Shown here: one piece after another, positions 1 through 8,151 of the stretch | Position numbering within the stretch: the stretch's first letter is position 1 | How the letters are laid out: every line of letters begins with the position of its first letter | Assembly: GCA_028282585.1 (NCBI GenBank) | Contig: JANQHR010000066.1 | Location: 1-21,927 of the forward strand | From: Bacteroidales bacterium | GTDB taxonomy: Bacteria; Bacteroidota; Bacteroidia; Bacteroidales; UBA12077 | DNA: 21,927 nt | Direction of reading: 5' to 3' | Program-made: the position numbers and the translations under genes | The notes under the pieces: model-generated | Database searches by the model: none | What the model was told of the DNA's origin: nothing | Seen by the model: the letters and a program-made list of their open reading frames with translations, nothing else

Positions 1-153
1 ATTAAATGATTTTACCAATTCTTGCCATGGAATAGCATAATAAATCTTTCCCAGGTTACTTCCCAAGAATTGGGCGTATATGCTATTAAAATTTTCTTCA
101 GGGCTTTGAAAGTGGAAAGTGTGTTGAAATTGTGAAATTTTTCGTATTTGTGC
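1..153 (-). CDS. Transposase N-terminus, IS5-like DDE family of Bacteroidota (partial; start codon unclear)
   Basis: Manual translation AQIRKISQFQHTFHFQSPEENFNSIYAQFLGSNLGKIYYAIPWQELVKSFN, open to the window edge. The LGKIY..IPW.ELV segment resembles N-termini of Bacteroidota DDE transposases (recognition from memory). No in-frame ATG. Confidence 0.6.
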
Positions 154-170
154 ATTAGATATTTAATATG

Positions 171-210
171 AAACCCCGATTTTTTGTGTTTTCGGCACTT
201 TTCGGGGTTT
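171..210. repeat. Inverted repeat/hairpin in the IS leader
   Basis: AAACCCCGA (171-179) pairs with TCGGGGTTT (202-210); followed by a T-rich tract on the + strand. Confidence 0.8.
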
Positions 211-327
211 TGTTTTATCTAAAGATACAAATAATTACTTGATATTCAAAATGTTATTTACTAAAGAATGTGCCTTATTATCATACCTAATAATAACTTT
301 AATATTTCAATTTTGAGACTAATTTAA

Positions 328-708
328 TTAATCAACTACTTCAATCATTTTAAATGGTATCCGAATAATAGATTCGTAATCTTCTCCGGCTTCTAACATA
401 TCCTCATCATCCTCTTCATAATACCAATTAATTACCACTTCGTTTCGTGCTTTTTTTATAGCTTCCAATTTTTTGAAAACATCTAAAATACATTTCGAAG
501 AACTTGTATTAAAATATTCTAATTGAATATTAACAGTAGTTAGGCTTTGAGGTTCCTTTGAATACTCCTCTAACCACTCCACTAACGGACGGTAAAATTC
601 AATTGAGTTTTCAGGTATTGATCTACCCTTAATTTCAATTACTCCCGTAGCGGCATCAAAATTTACAGTTGGAGTTTTTGGAGTTCCTTCTATTGAAATT
701 GATTCCAT
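328..708 (-). CDS. siaC: SiaC family regulatory phosphoprotein (DUF1987), copy 1
   Basis: 126 aa with TPTVNFD, G.SIPEN..EFY, LEYFNTSSSK (phospho-acceptor-equivalent Thr68) and INWYY..DDEDMLEAGEDY motifs typical of SiaC/DUF1987. Confidence 0.9.
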   Translation of the reverse strand: MESISIEGTPKTPTVNFDAATGVIEIKGRSIPENSIEFYRPLVEWLEEYSKEPQSLTTVNIQLEYFNTSSSKCILDVFKKLEAIKKARNEVVINWYYEEDDEDMLEAGEDYESIIRIPFKMIEVVD

Positions 709-738
709 ATTGTTGAATTATTTTAGTTTTAATTTTAA

Positions 739-1284
739 TTAAATTGTAATGTTCAGGCTGAAAAAAGAATAATCATCATCGTAATTATCAAATTCATAAT
801 CTACTCGGCCTTCTGTTCTTCTTGCAATATCAATTAAGCCAAGACCTCCTCCACCTTTATCTGAAAACTTTTGATTATTCAGTACAAATTTATATAATTC
901 TTTTAATTCGTCTTTTGATAATGATTTAATCTTATCTAAACGTTCTTTTAATTTTTTTACTTTTTCGTTCTTGATAAAATTACCAGTTCTGATCTCATAT
1001 TGATCACCAACCTTCGATATAACAAATATTCCAAAATGAATATCCATATCTTTACCAGCTAATTCTGGTAGGTCATCTACATGATGATATAAGTTTTGTA
1101 AACTTTCCACTAGTATATTGTAGATCTTCTTTTTTGTTATAGATTTATCTATAACATGATCGAGTTTTGACTCTACAACACCTAGTACATTGGTAATGAG
1201 TTCGGCAGTTATACTTCCTTTATAAGCAAGAAGTACTTCCCCTTTGTTCATTTTCGTATAACGCTCTTCTATATTAAAGCTCAT
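739..1284 (-). CDS. siaB: SiaB family protein kinase (GHKL/anti-sigma-kinase-like, DUF6272), copy 1
   Basis: 181 aa; YKG.IT N-terminus, N-box VESLQNLYHH, TGN, glycine-rich GGGGLGLIDIAR; directly upstream of siaC. Confidence 0.88.
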   Translation of the reverse strand: MSFNIEERYTKMNKGEVLLAYKGSITAELITNVLGVVESKLDHVIDKSITKKKIYNILVESLQNLYHHVDDLPELAGKDMDIHFGIFVISKVGDQYEIRTGNFIKNEKVKKLKERLDKIKSLSKDELKELYKFVLNNQKFSDKGGGGLGLIDIARRTEGRVDYEFDNYDDDYSFFSLNITI

Positions 1285-1533
1285 AAAGGCTTTATGATTT
1301 TTTTCTTATCAAGTTGTATAAATTTATAACTTTTTTATACTTTAAACAAATTATATTAAAATTTGGTTCGATTAATTAAAAAAGGTCAATCTAACCTTCA
1401 ACTTGATTAATTAATTAATACAATTATCACTTTATTTTCATATTAAAAATAAACAAGTAAATATTTGTATCAAAATTTTTTTTTTAAGCGTATGAAAAAT
1501 ATAAATGAATGTATTGATTTCTTATATAAACGC

Positions 1534-2712
1534 TTAAGCTAAATCTTTGTACTTACTTTTTTTACTACCTTCATAGATAGAATAATTTAAGTACTTGCAC
1601 TCTAATGCTCCGTTAAAAAGTACTAATTTATTTGAAGGTTTTAATCCAATGCTTTTTATTGCTTCAAAGTTGCTACTCAACATCCACACCTCAAACCCTT
1701 TAAATCTATTCTTAAAGATATCTCCTAATACCTTATAAAAACTTTTTAGTTCGTTCTTTTTAATACGTTCACCGTAAGGTGGGTTTGTGATTAGAATACC
1801 ACTCCCACCCCTGGTCTTAATCGGATCAAAATTCTCGATGGGTTTTATATGCAAATCTATTTTTCTTGATAAGCTTGCGTTAGATATATTTTCCTTTGCT
1901 ATTCTAATAGCTATCTCTGAAATATCTGCACCTATTATTTTTACACTTATATCGTTTTCCTCATTTTCTTCTTCATAAATTTGTTCTAGTAACTCATTAT
2001 CAAAATCTTTCCAGCTTTCAAATCCAAATTTTTGCCTATAAATTCCTGGAGGAATATTATTTGCAATCATCGCCGCTTCAATTAACAATGTACCCGAACC
2101 ACACATTGGATCAATAAAAGTGCTTTTTTTGTCCCATCCTGACATTAAAATCATTCCTGCAGCTAAAACTTCATTTAAAGGTGCTTTATTTGTTTTGATT
2201 CTATATCCTCTTTTATGCAGCGATTCTCCTGAACTGTCTAAAGAAACTGTACAAGTTGTATTTGAAATATGAACACTAATTCTTACATCTGGATCTTCAG
2301 TATCAACATAGGGTCGTTTTTCATAATTTTCCCGGAACTGATCAACAATAGCATCCTTAACTTTTAAAGCGACATATTTGGAATGTGAGAATTCTTTTGA
2401 ATTAACCACACTATCTACAGCAAACGTATTTTTTAGATCAAAATACTCACTCCACACAATAGTTTGAATTGATTTATATAACTCATGCTCATTAGCAACC
2501 TCAAATTCCGCAATAGGTTTTAAAACACGTAAAGCTGTTCTTAAATGAAAATTAGCTTTATACATCATAGCTTTATCACCTTTAAGTTCAACCATTCGAT
2601 TACCTTTCTTTATATCCGTTGCGCCTAATGCTTTAAGTTCGTTAAACAAAACATCCTCTAAACCTTTAAATGTTTTTACTACGAGGTTGAATTTACCTTC
2701 CGTATTAACCAT
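1534..2712 (-). CDS. THUMP-domain class I SAM-dependent rRNA methyltransferase (RlmL/YpsC-like)
   Basis: GLE...EL start, SLDSSGESLHKRGYR, APLNEVLAA, DPMCGSGT and NPPYGER motifs. ATG at 2712 preferred over GTG at 2718. Confidence 0.9.
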   Translation of the reverse strand: MVNTEGKFNLVVKTFKGLEDVLFNELKALGATDIKKGNRMVELKGDKAMMYKANFHLRTALRVLKPIAEFEVANEHELYKSIQTIVWSEYFDLKNTFAVDSVVNSKEFSHSKYVALKVKDAIVDQFRENYEKRPYVDTEDPDVRISVHISNTTCTVSLDSSGESLHKRGYRIKTNKAPLNEVLAAGMILMSGWDKKSTFIDPMCGSGTLLIEAAMIANNIPPGIYRQKFGFESWKDFDNELLEQIYEEENEENDISVKIIGADISEIAIRIAKENISNASLSRKIDLHIKPIENFDPIKTRGGSGILITNPPYGERIKKNELKSFYKVLGDIFKNRFKGFEVWMLSSNFEAIKSIGLKPSNKLVLFNGALECKYLNYSIYEGSKKSKYKDLA

Positions 2713-3265
2713 TTTCACTATTTTTTTTATTTACAATATCACTTACAACTTCAAGCGCTTTATTAAGTCGCTCATCTCCTTCTCCCGAAATTATTTTATA
2801 ATTAAATCCATAATCAATTAACTCATGTTGATAAATTTTAAAAAGTTCATCTCTCATCTCACCACCATTTTCTCTTACAGAATCCGGAATCCAGGGAATA
2901 TCATTGTTACAAAGAAGAAATAAGTCTATTTTACTGTTCTTTATTCTTTGATTAATCCACTCTGGAACTTCTTTAAAAGCAATTTGAAACCAAATTTTGG
3001 TTATAATCAAATACGTATCATAAAACAACACTTCATTAGCAATTTGCGAATACTTTTCTTCTAATTCTAACTGTTTAAGAGCAATATGTTCAACATCTTT
3101 GTAAGTATAATCTTGATGCAAATTTTCGATATATTCTCTTGCATATTCGGGTACAACAACCGTATTAAAACGCTTTGCTAAATATTCTGACAACTCCGTT
3201 TTTCCTGTAGATTCGGCACCAATTAAGACAATTCGCTTGATTGTTTTTTGATTGCTTTTTTCCAT
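2705..3265 (-). CDS. NadR-like P-loop kinase/ATPase (AAA_28; probable ribosylnicotinamide kinase)
   Basis: Walker A GAESTGKT, PEYAREY, FYDT and IPWIPDSVRE motifs of the NadR kinase domain; overlaps pnuC. Confidence 0.85.
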   Translation of the reverse strand: MEKSNQKTIKRIVLIGAESTGKTELSEYLAKRFNTVVVPEYAREYIENLHQDYTYKDVEHIALKQLELEEKYSQIANEVLFYDTYLIITKIWFQIAFKEVPEWINQRIKNSKIDLFLLCNNDIPWIPDSVRENGGEMRDELFKIYQHELIDYGFNYKIISGEGDERLNKALEVVSDIVNKKNSENG

Positions 3266-3834
3266 TCTAAATAACCCAATATTGCTAGTATCGTGTATAC
3301 TACAAATAATACTACTGTAGGATACAATCCCTTGTAAATATATAAACCTAAAGAAACTGAGTCAACAATGATCCAAACAATCCAGTTTTCAATCATCTTT
3401 CTTGCTAACATCCATGTTGCCACAAAGCTGGCAGATGTAGTAAATGCGTCCCAGTAAGGAATTTCCGAATCTGTGTAATTAATCAGTACGTAAACAATAA
3501 ATAAGAAAATTACAGCATTTATTAAAAGTAAGATTATTCCGGTACTTAATCCCACCTTAATTATTTTTAAATCATCCTGTTTTTTACTTTTTGCTCCAAA
3601 CATCCAATGATACCAGCCATATAAGCTGATTATCAAATAATAAACCTGAAGTCCCATGTCGGCATAAAACTTTGAAACAAAGAAAACATAGATATATAAT
3701 GCGGATGTAATAAAACCTATTGGCCAACACCATATATTTTGTTTAATTGAAAAAAGAATGTACAATAAACCGAAAATTGATCCAAGAAGTTCAATATAAT
3801 TCTGAGATATCCACAATACAATATTTTGCAGCAT
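3223..3834 (-). CDS. pnuC: PnuC family nicotinamide riboside/vitamin transporter
   Basis: Hydrophobic 203 aa; KQNIWCWPIG, YADMGLQ, YGWYHW, PYWDAFTT and ARKMIENWIVWIIVD motifs. Confidence 0.9.
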   Translation of the reverse strand: MLQNIVLWISQNYIELLGSIFGLLYILFSIKQNIWCWPIGFITSALYIYVFFVSKFYADMGLQVYYLIISLYGWYHWMFGAKSKKQDDLKIIKVGLSTGIILLLINAVIFLFIVYVLINYTDSEIPYWDAFTTSASFVATWMLARKMIENWIVWIIVDSVSLGLYIYKGLYPTVVLFVVYTILAILGYLEWKKAIKKQSSELS

Positions 3835-3855
3835 TTAATTACTTTTTAAACGCTG

Positions 3856-3863
3856 CAAATATA
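3856..3863 (-). promoter_or_regulatory. Bacteroidota -7 promoter element upstream of pnuC
   Basis: TATATTTG on the minus strand matches TAnnTTTG, about 22 nt upstream of the pnuC ATG. Confidence 0.55.
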
Positions 3864-3889
3864 TCCTATATATTATAAAATTCCAGATT

Positions 3890-5494
3890 TTATTGGGTAT
3901 TTAGCACCTGTTTTTGGTATTGCTCCCAGTTTCTCATTATCTCTAAAGCCTTTTTAAATCCCTTATCTCGGACATTCACAATTTGGAAATATTCGCTCAT
4001 ATCCCATAAATCTCTTGCAATTAAGGCTTTTACAATCAAACGAAAGTCTGCTTTTGATTTTTCAAATTCCTCTGGTGTACTTTCAATATTGTTTTCTTTA
4101 CTATATTCCAATAAATCATTTAAGATCTCTTCGGTAACTACAAATCGCTCATTATATGTATCAAAAGTTGGATAACTAGACTTTAGTCTTTTCCTATTCT
4201 CGTCGATATACTCTAATACAAATGAATTAAGCACACCCTGACGAATTACTTTGCTGTATAGATTTGTAACGGAAGTTGTATCTAAAGGAACAAAAATATC
4301 TGGCATAATACCTCCACCACCATATACTATTCTTTTATTCTTTAATGTTTTATACTTTAAAGAATCCGGTAAATCTATGCTATCTTCATTTAAAAATTCT
4401 CCATGTTGGAACCTTTCGAATAATTCATTTTCATATTCTTCTTTACCATTATCATATGGTTTTTGAATTAACCTGCCGGTTGGAGTATAATATCTCGCAA
4501 CTGTCAATCTCATCATAGAACCATCAGGAAGGAACATAGGTTTTTGAACCAGCCCCTTACCAAACGATCGTCTTCCAACAACTATTCCTCTATCCCAATC
4601 CTGAACAGCACCCGTTACAATTTCGCTGGCTGATGCTGAGCCTTCATCAATAAGTATTAGTATTTTTTCATTTTTAAAAACTCCGTTACCTGTAGCATAA
4701 CTTTCTGCCTTGGGAGATTTAAGTCCTTTTGTATAAACAATCATTTGTCCTTTTTCCAGGAACTGATCAGCTAAATCAATAGCTTTATCCAAATAACCTC
4801 CTCCATTTCCTCTTAAATCCAAAATTATCGATTTTGCTCCCTTTTGTTTCAATAGATTAAGTTTTTCCAGAAATTCATCAATGGTTGTCATTGCAAACCT
4901 GTTTATTTTGATATATGCAATATCATCATCAACCAAATAAGCTGCATCAACACTATAAATAGGAATTTTATCTCGGAAAATAGTAAAGTATAAAATTTCA
5001 TCTACTCCTTTTCTCCTCACTCCAACATTCACCTTAGTTCCTTTTTCTCCAAGAAGTCTTTCCCGGACACCTTGTGTAGTTATTTCAATAATTGCAACAT
5101 TTTCTCCATCGATTTCCACAATTCTGTCTCCTGCTCTAATTCCAACTTTTTCTGATGGTCCTCCTGAAATAGGTGAAATAACATAAATAGTATCATTTAA
5201 TATGTTAAACTGGATTCCAATTCCTTCAAAATTTCCTTCCAATGGTTCATTCATTTCTTTCACCTCATCTGCAGGTATGTATACAGAATGGGGATCCAAT
5301 TCCTTTAGTATATTGATAATTGCATCTTCAACAAGATGCTTAGAGTCAACCGAATCAACATAGTAAGATGAAATATACCCTAACGCTCTGCTAAATTTAA
5401 AAATATCTTCTGTTAGATACTGGGAAAATAATTTAACAGGAAACACAAACAAAATCAAGATAAGTAAATATCTTATCAACCCTAACCTACGCAT
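3890..5494 (-). CDS. S41 family C-terminal processing protease (CtpA/Prc-like) with PDZ domain
   Basis: Signal peptide, LDPHSVY, FEGIGI (PDZ), DLRGNGGG, SASASEI (catalytic Ser), SFGKGLVQ (catalytic Lys), ARYYTPTGR. Confidence 0.93.
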   Translation of the reverse strand: MRRLGLIRYLLILILFVFPVKLFSQYLTEDIFKFSRALGYISSYYVDSVDSKHLVEDAIINILKELDPHSVYIPADEVKEMNEPLEGNFEGIGIQFNILNDTIYVISPISGGPSEKVGIRAGDRIVEIDGENVAIIEITTQGVRERLLGEKGTKVNVGVRRKGVDEILYFTIFRDKIPIYSVDAAYLVDDDIAYIKINRFAMTTIDEFLEKLNLLKQKGAKSIILDLRGNGGGYLDKAIDLADQFLEKGQMIVYTKGLKSPKAESYATGNGVFKNEKILILIDEGSASASEIVTGAVQDWDRGIVVGRRSFGKGLVQKPMFLPDGSMMRLTVARYYTPTGRLIQKPYDNGKEEYENELFERFQHGEFLNEDSIDLPDSLKYKTLKNKRIVYGGGGIMPDIFVPLDTTSVTNLYSKVIRQGVLNSFVLEYIDENRKRLKSSYPTFDTYNERFVVTEEILNDLLEYSKENNIESTPEEFEKSKADFRLIVKALIARDLWDMSEYFQIVNVRDKGFKKALEIMRNWEQYQKQVLNTQ

Positions 5495-5544
5495 AATGTA
5501 TATATTTTAATTTGCAAATTAAACCTTATAAAGTAATCCTCAAG

Positions 5545-5946
5545 CTATTTTCTTGGGACCAAATTAAACGGAATTTTTATAACATCCGACAAATCTTCAC
5601 CATCTTCAAAAATTTGATCATCAATATCATCGTAATACCAGTCAACATTTACTTCAGCGCCATTCTTAAATAGTTGTTTAAAATGATCTAAAATTTGCAG
5701 AATATATTTTGATGAAGCAGAATTCATGTAAGATAAATCAAATTTCAAATGGAATTTAAATCCATTAAAATCCTTATGCTCATTCATCATTCTGTTGATG
5801 TAATTTTCAACTTTGTATATAATTGATTCGTAAAAAGCAATAACATCTTCGGGGCGAGAAATTCCCACCAATTCAAATTTTCGATCCTTTACGTCAAATA
5901 TAATCTTTGGACTAAATTCTGTTGGCTCTATAAAAAGATTTTCCAT
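5545..5946 (-). CDS. SiaC family protein (DUF1987), divergent copy 2
   Basis: 133 aa; FSPKIIFD, G.SRPED...FY, LSYMNSASSK (Ser in place of Thr) and VDWYY...D..IFEDGEDL; clearly similar to 328..708. Confidence 0.85.
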   Translation of the reverse strand: MENLFIEPTEFSPKIIFDVKDRKFELVGISRPEDVIAFYESIIYKVENYINRMMNEHKDFNGFKFHLKFDLSYMNSASSKYILQILDHFKQLFKNGAEVNVDWYYDDIDDQIFEDGEDLSDVIKIPFNLVPRK

Positions 5947-5964
5947 TTTTTTGTAAGACGGATT

Positions 5965-6477
5965 TTATTTTGGAGTCACCAAAGTTTCAATTGTGTAATA
6001 TAGTAATTTATTGTTAATTTTTCTGAAGGAATAATTAATTTTATTCTTAGAAACCTTAGCAATTCTAACCAAGCCCGTTCCTGAATTAGCATTTTTAATA
6101 TACATTCCTTCCTTTAATGTATCTTTATAAATTGTTTTAAGATCTTCTCTGCTAAAATTATTAATCTTATCTATATATGCTTTTAAATGGTTTGCATCAT
6201 TGGTTAAAATGGGGTTTGATGCTATTACTTTAAAATGTGGATTGGAAATTAAAATTTTAAATTCCGGCTCGAAATTTTCGTGTTTAAGTTCATCTTCTAT
6301 CAAATTTGTATACTGGTAATTGTTCTCTAACACTTCCGCCATTACAATCTGTATTTTTTTAAAAATATAATTATCAATATTGTTTTTTTCGACATATTTC
6401 ATAAAGTCCATTAAAAGTTTATTTAACAAACTATAATCGAAAAATCCCTTATACTGAACAACTACATTACCAGACAT
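5965..6477 (-). CDS. SiaB-like kinase-fold protein (DUF6272-like), divergent copy 2
   Basis: 170 aa; YKG N-terminus, MAEVLENNYQY (N-box-like), IDKINNFSREDLK..YK and NSGTGLVRIAK (degenerate G-box); paired with a siaC-like gene as copy 1 is. Confidence 0.75.
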   Translation of the reverse strand: MSGNVVVQYKGFFDYSLLNKLLMDFMKYVEKNNIDNYIFKKIQIVMAEVLENNYQYTNLIEDELKHENFEPEFKILISNPHFKVIASNPILTNDANHLKAYIDKINNFSREDLKTIYKDTLKEGMYIKNANSGTGLVRIAKVSKNKINYSFRKINNKLLYYTIETLVTPK

Positions 6478-6531
6478 GATGATATGAATTTAACGATAAT
6501 ATTGAATATTAGTTCAAAACATCTCATAAAA

Positions 6532-8061
6532 TTATTCCCACTCAATTGTAGCCGGTGGTTTAGAACTTATATCGTAAACTACTCGATTAATGCCTTTTAC
6601 ATTGTTAATAATCTTATTTGAAATATCAGCTAGAAATTCATAGGGTAAGTGCGACCAATCTGCTGTCATACCATCTGTAGAAGAAACTGCTCTTAGTGCT
6701 ACAGTATTTTCATATGTTCTTTCATCACCCATAACTCCTACTGATTGTACTGGAAGCAAAATAACTCCGGCCTGCCATACTTTATCGTAAAGGTCGTATT
6801 CCTTAAGGCCTTCTATATAAATATCATCAACTTCCTGTAAAATCTGAACTTTCTCAGCTGTAATATCACCTAAAATACGTATTGCTAATCCGGGTCCTGG
6901 AAATGGATGACGTTGTAAAAGTTCCTTTTTAATTCCAATAGATGTACCAACTCTTCTTACTTCATCCTTAAACAATAACTTTAGCGGCTCGACTATTTTT
7001 AGATTCATTTTCTCTGGCAAACCTCCAACATTATGATGAGATTTTATAGTTGCTGAAGGCCCGTTTACTGATATTGATTCAATAACGTCCGGATATATAG
7101 TTCCTTGGGCTAACCATTTTACATCTTGTATTTTGTGTGCTTCCTGATCAAAAACTTCAATAAAGACTCTTCCAATAACTTTTCGTTTTCCTTCCGGATC
7201 AGAAATTCCCGCTAATTGGTTTAAAAACTGATCTTTTGCATCAACTCCAATTACATTCAATCCCATATCCTTATATGATTCCAGAACTTTTTCAAACTCA
7301 TTTTTACGAAGAAGCCCATTATCAACAAAAATACATGTAAGGTTTTTACCAATTGCTTTATTTAATAAAACTGCTGCAACTGAAGAATCTACACCGCCTG
7401 ATAAACCTAATACAACTTTATCATCTCCCAACTGTTGTTTTAACTCCTTTATGGTATCATCAGCAAAAGCAGAAGGCGTCCAATCTTGCGAACAACCACA
7501 AATATCAACTAAAAAGTTTTCAAGCAATTGTTTTCCCTGAGTTGTATGGTAAACTTCCGGATGAAACTGTATACCATACGTTTCCTCATCCGTAATTTTA
7601 AAACCACCAAACTTCACATCGCTTGTACTAGTAATAATTTGATAATTATCCGGCACTTTAGTAATAGTATCACCGTGTGACATCCATACTTGCGTATCTA
7701 ACTCAAGGCCTCTCATTAATCTACTATCATCATTTATATAACTTAACCTTGCCCTACCATATTCGCGATGTTTGGAAGGTAAAACTTCACCACCATAGTT
7801 TTGAGCTAAAAATTGAGCTCCATAACACACGCCTAATAAGGGATACCTATTTTTTATATTGGATAAATCTGGAACTGGTGCATTCTCATCTCTAACAGAA
7901 AACGGACTACCGGAAAGTATAACTCCTTTAAAATTTCCATCCAGTTTTGGTATTTTATTAAATGGATGTATTTCACAATAAACATTTAATTCGCGTACTC
8001 TTCTGGCTATCAATTGAGTATACTGTGATCCGAAATCTAAAATCAATAGTTTTTCGTGCAT
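6532..8061 (-). CDS. guaA: GMP synthase (glutamine-hydrolysing)
   Basis: [71 protein letters not shown]. Confidence 0.99.
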   Translation of the reverse strand: MHEKLLILDFGSQYTQLIARRVRELNVYCEIHPFNKIPKLDGNFKGVILSGSPFSVRDENAPVPDLSNIKNRYPLLGVCYGAQFLAQNYGGEVLPSKHREYGRARLSYINDDSRLMRGLELDTQVWMSHGDTITKVPDNYQIITSTSDVKFGGFKITDEETYGIQFHPEVYHTTQGKQLLENFLVDICGCSQDWTPSAFADDTIKELKQQLGDDKVVLGLSGGVDSSVAAVLLNKAIGKNLTCIFVDNGLLRKNEFEKVLESYKDMGLNVIGVDAKDQFLNQLAGISDPEGKRKVIGRVFIEVFDQEAHKIQDVKWLAQGTIYPDVIESISVNGPSATIKSHHNVGGLPEKMNLKIVEPLKLLFKDEVRRVGTSIGIKKELLQRHPFPGPGLAIRILGDITAEKVQILQEVDDIYIEGLKEYDLYDKVWQAGVILLPVQSVGVMGDERTYENTVALRAVSSTDGMTADWSHLPYEFLADISNKIINNVKGINRVVYDISSKPPATIEWE

Positions 8062-8098
8062 ATTAATAATATTTTGGTGGTATTCAAATTTAATTTGG

Positions 8099-8106
8099 CA
8101 AAGATA
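8099..8106 (-). promoter_or_regulatory. Bacteroidota -7 promoter element upstream of guaA
   Basis: TATCTTTG on the minus strand, about 38 nt upstream of the guaA ATG. Confidence 0.55.
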
Positions 8107-8151
8107 ATATTATTGAACGAAATTATTGGATGTATTAATCTTAAAACAATT

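Larger units (their letters stand above)
1..274 (-). mobile_element. Left end of a putative IS5-like insertion sequence (truncated by window edge)
   Basis: Minus strand begins GGCACATTC at 274, a candidate terminal inverted repeat preceded by TAA. It is followed by a promoter-like TATCTTTA, a 9-bp GC-rich hairpin (171-210) and a transposase-like reading frame running off the window. The other end is not visible, so the IR and target duplication cannot be confirmed. Confidence 0.6.

Noticed and set aside
1368-1420. Repeated TTAATTAA palindromes (also near 322, 735 and 11727)
   Set aside because: Expected by chance in very AT-rich intergenic DNA; no regular spacing or spacers, so not a CRISPR array or iteron set.
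4472-4480. CCTGCCGG in the S41 protease gene as another copy of the rpsA palindrome
   Set aside because: There is no second arm, and it encodes the conserved YYTPTGR motif.
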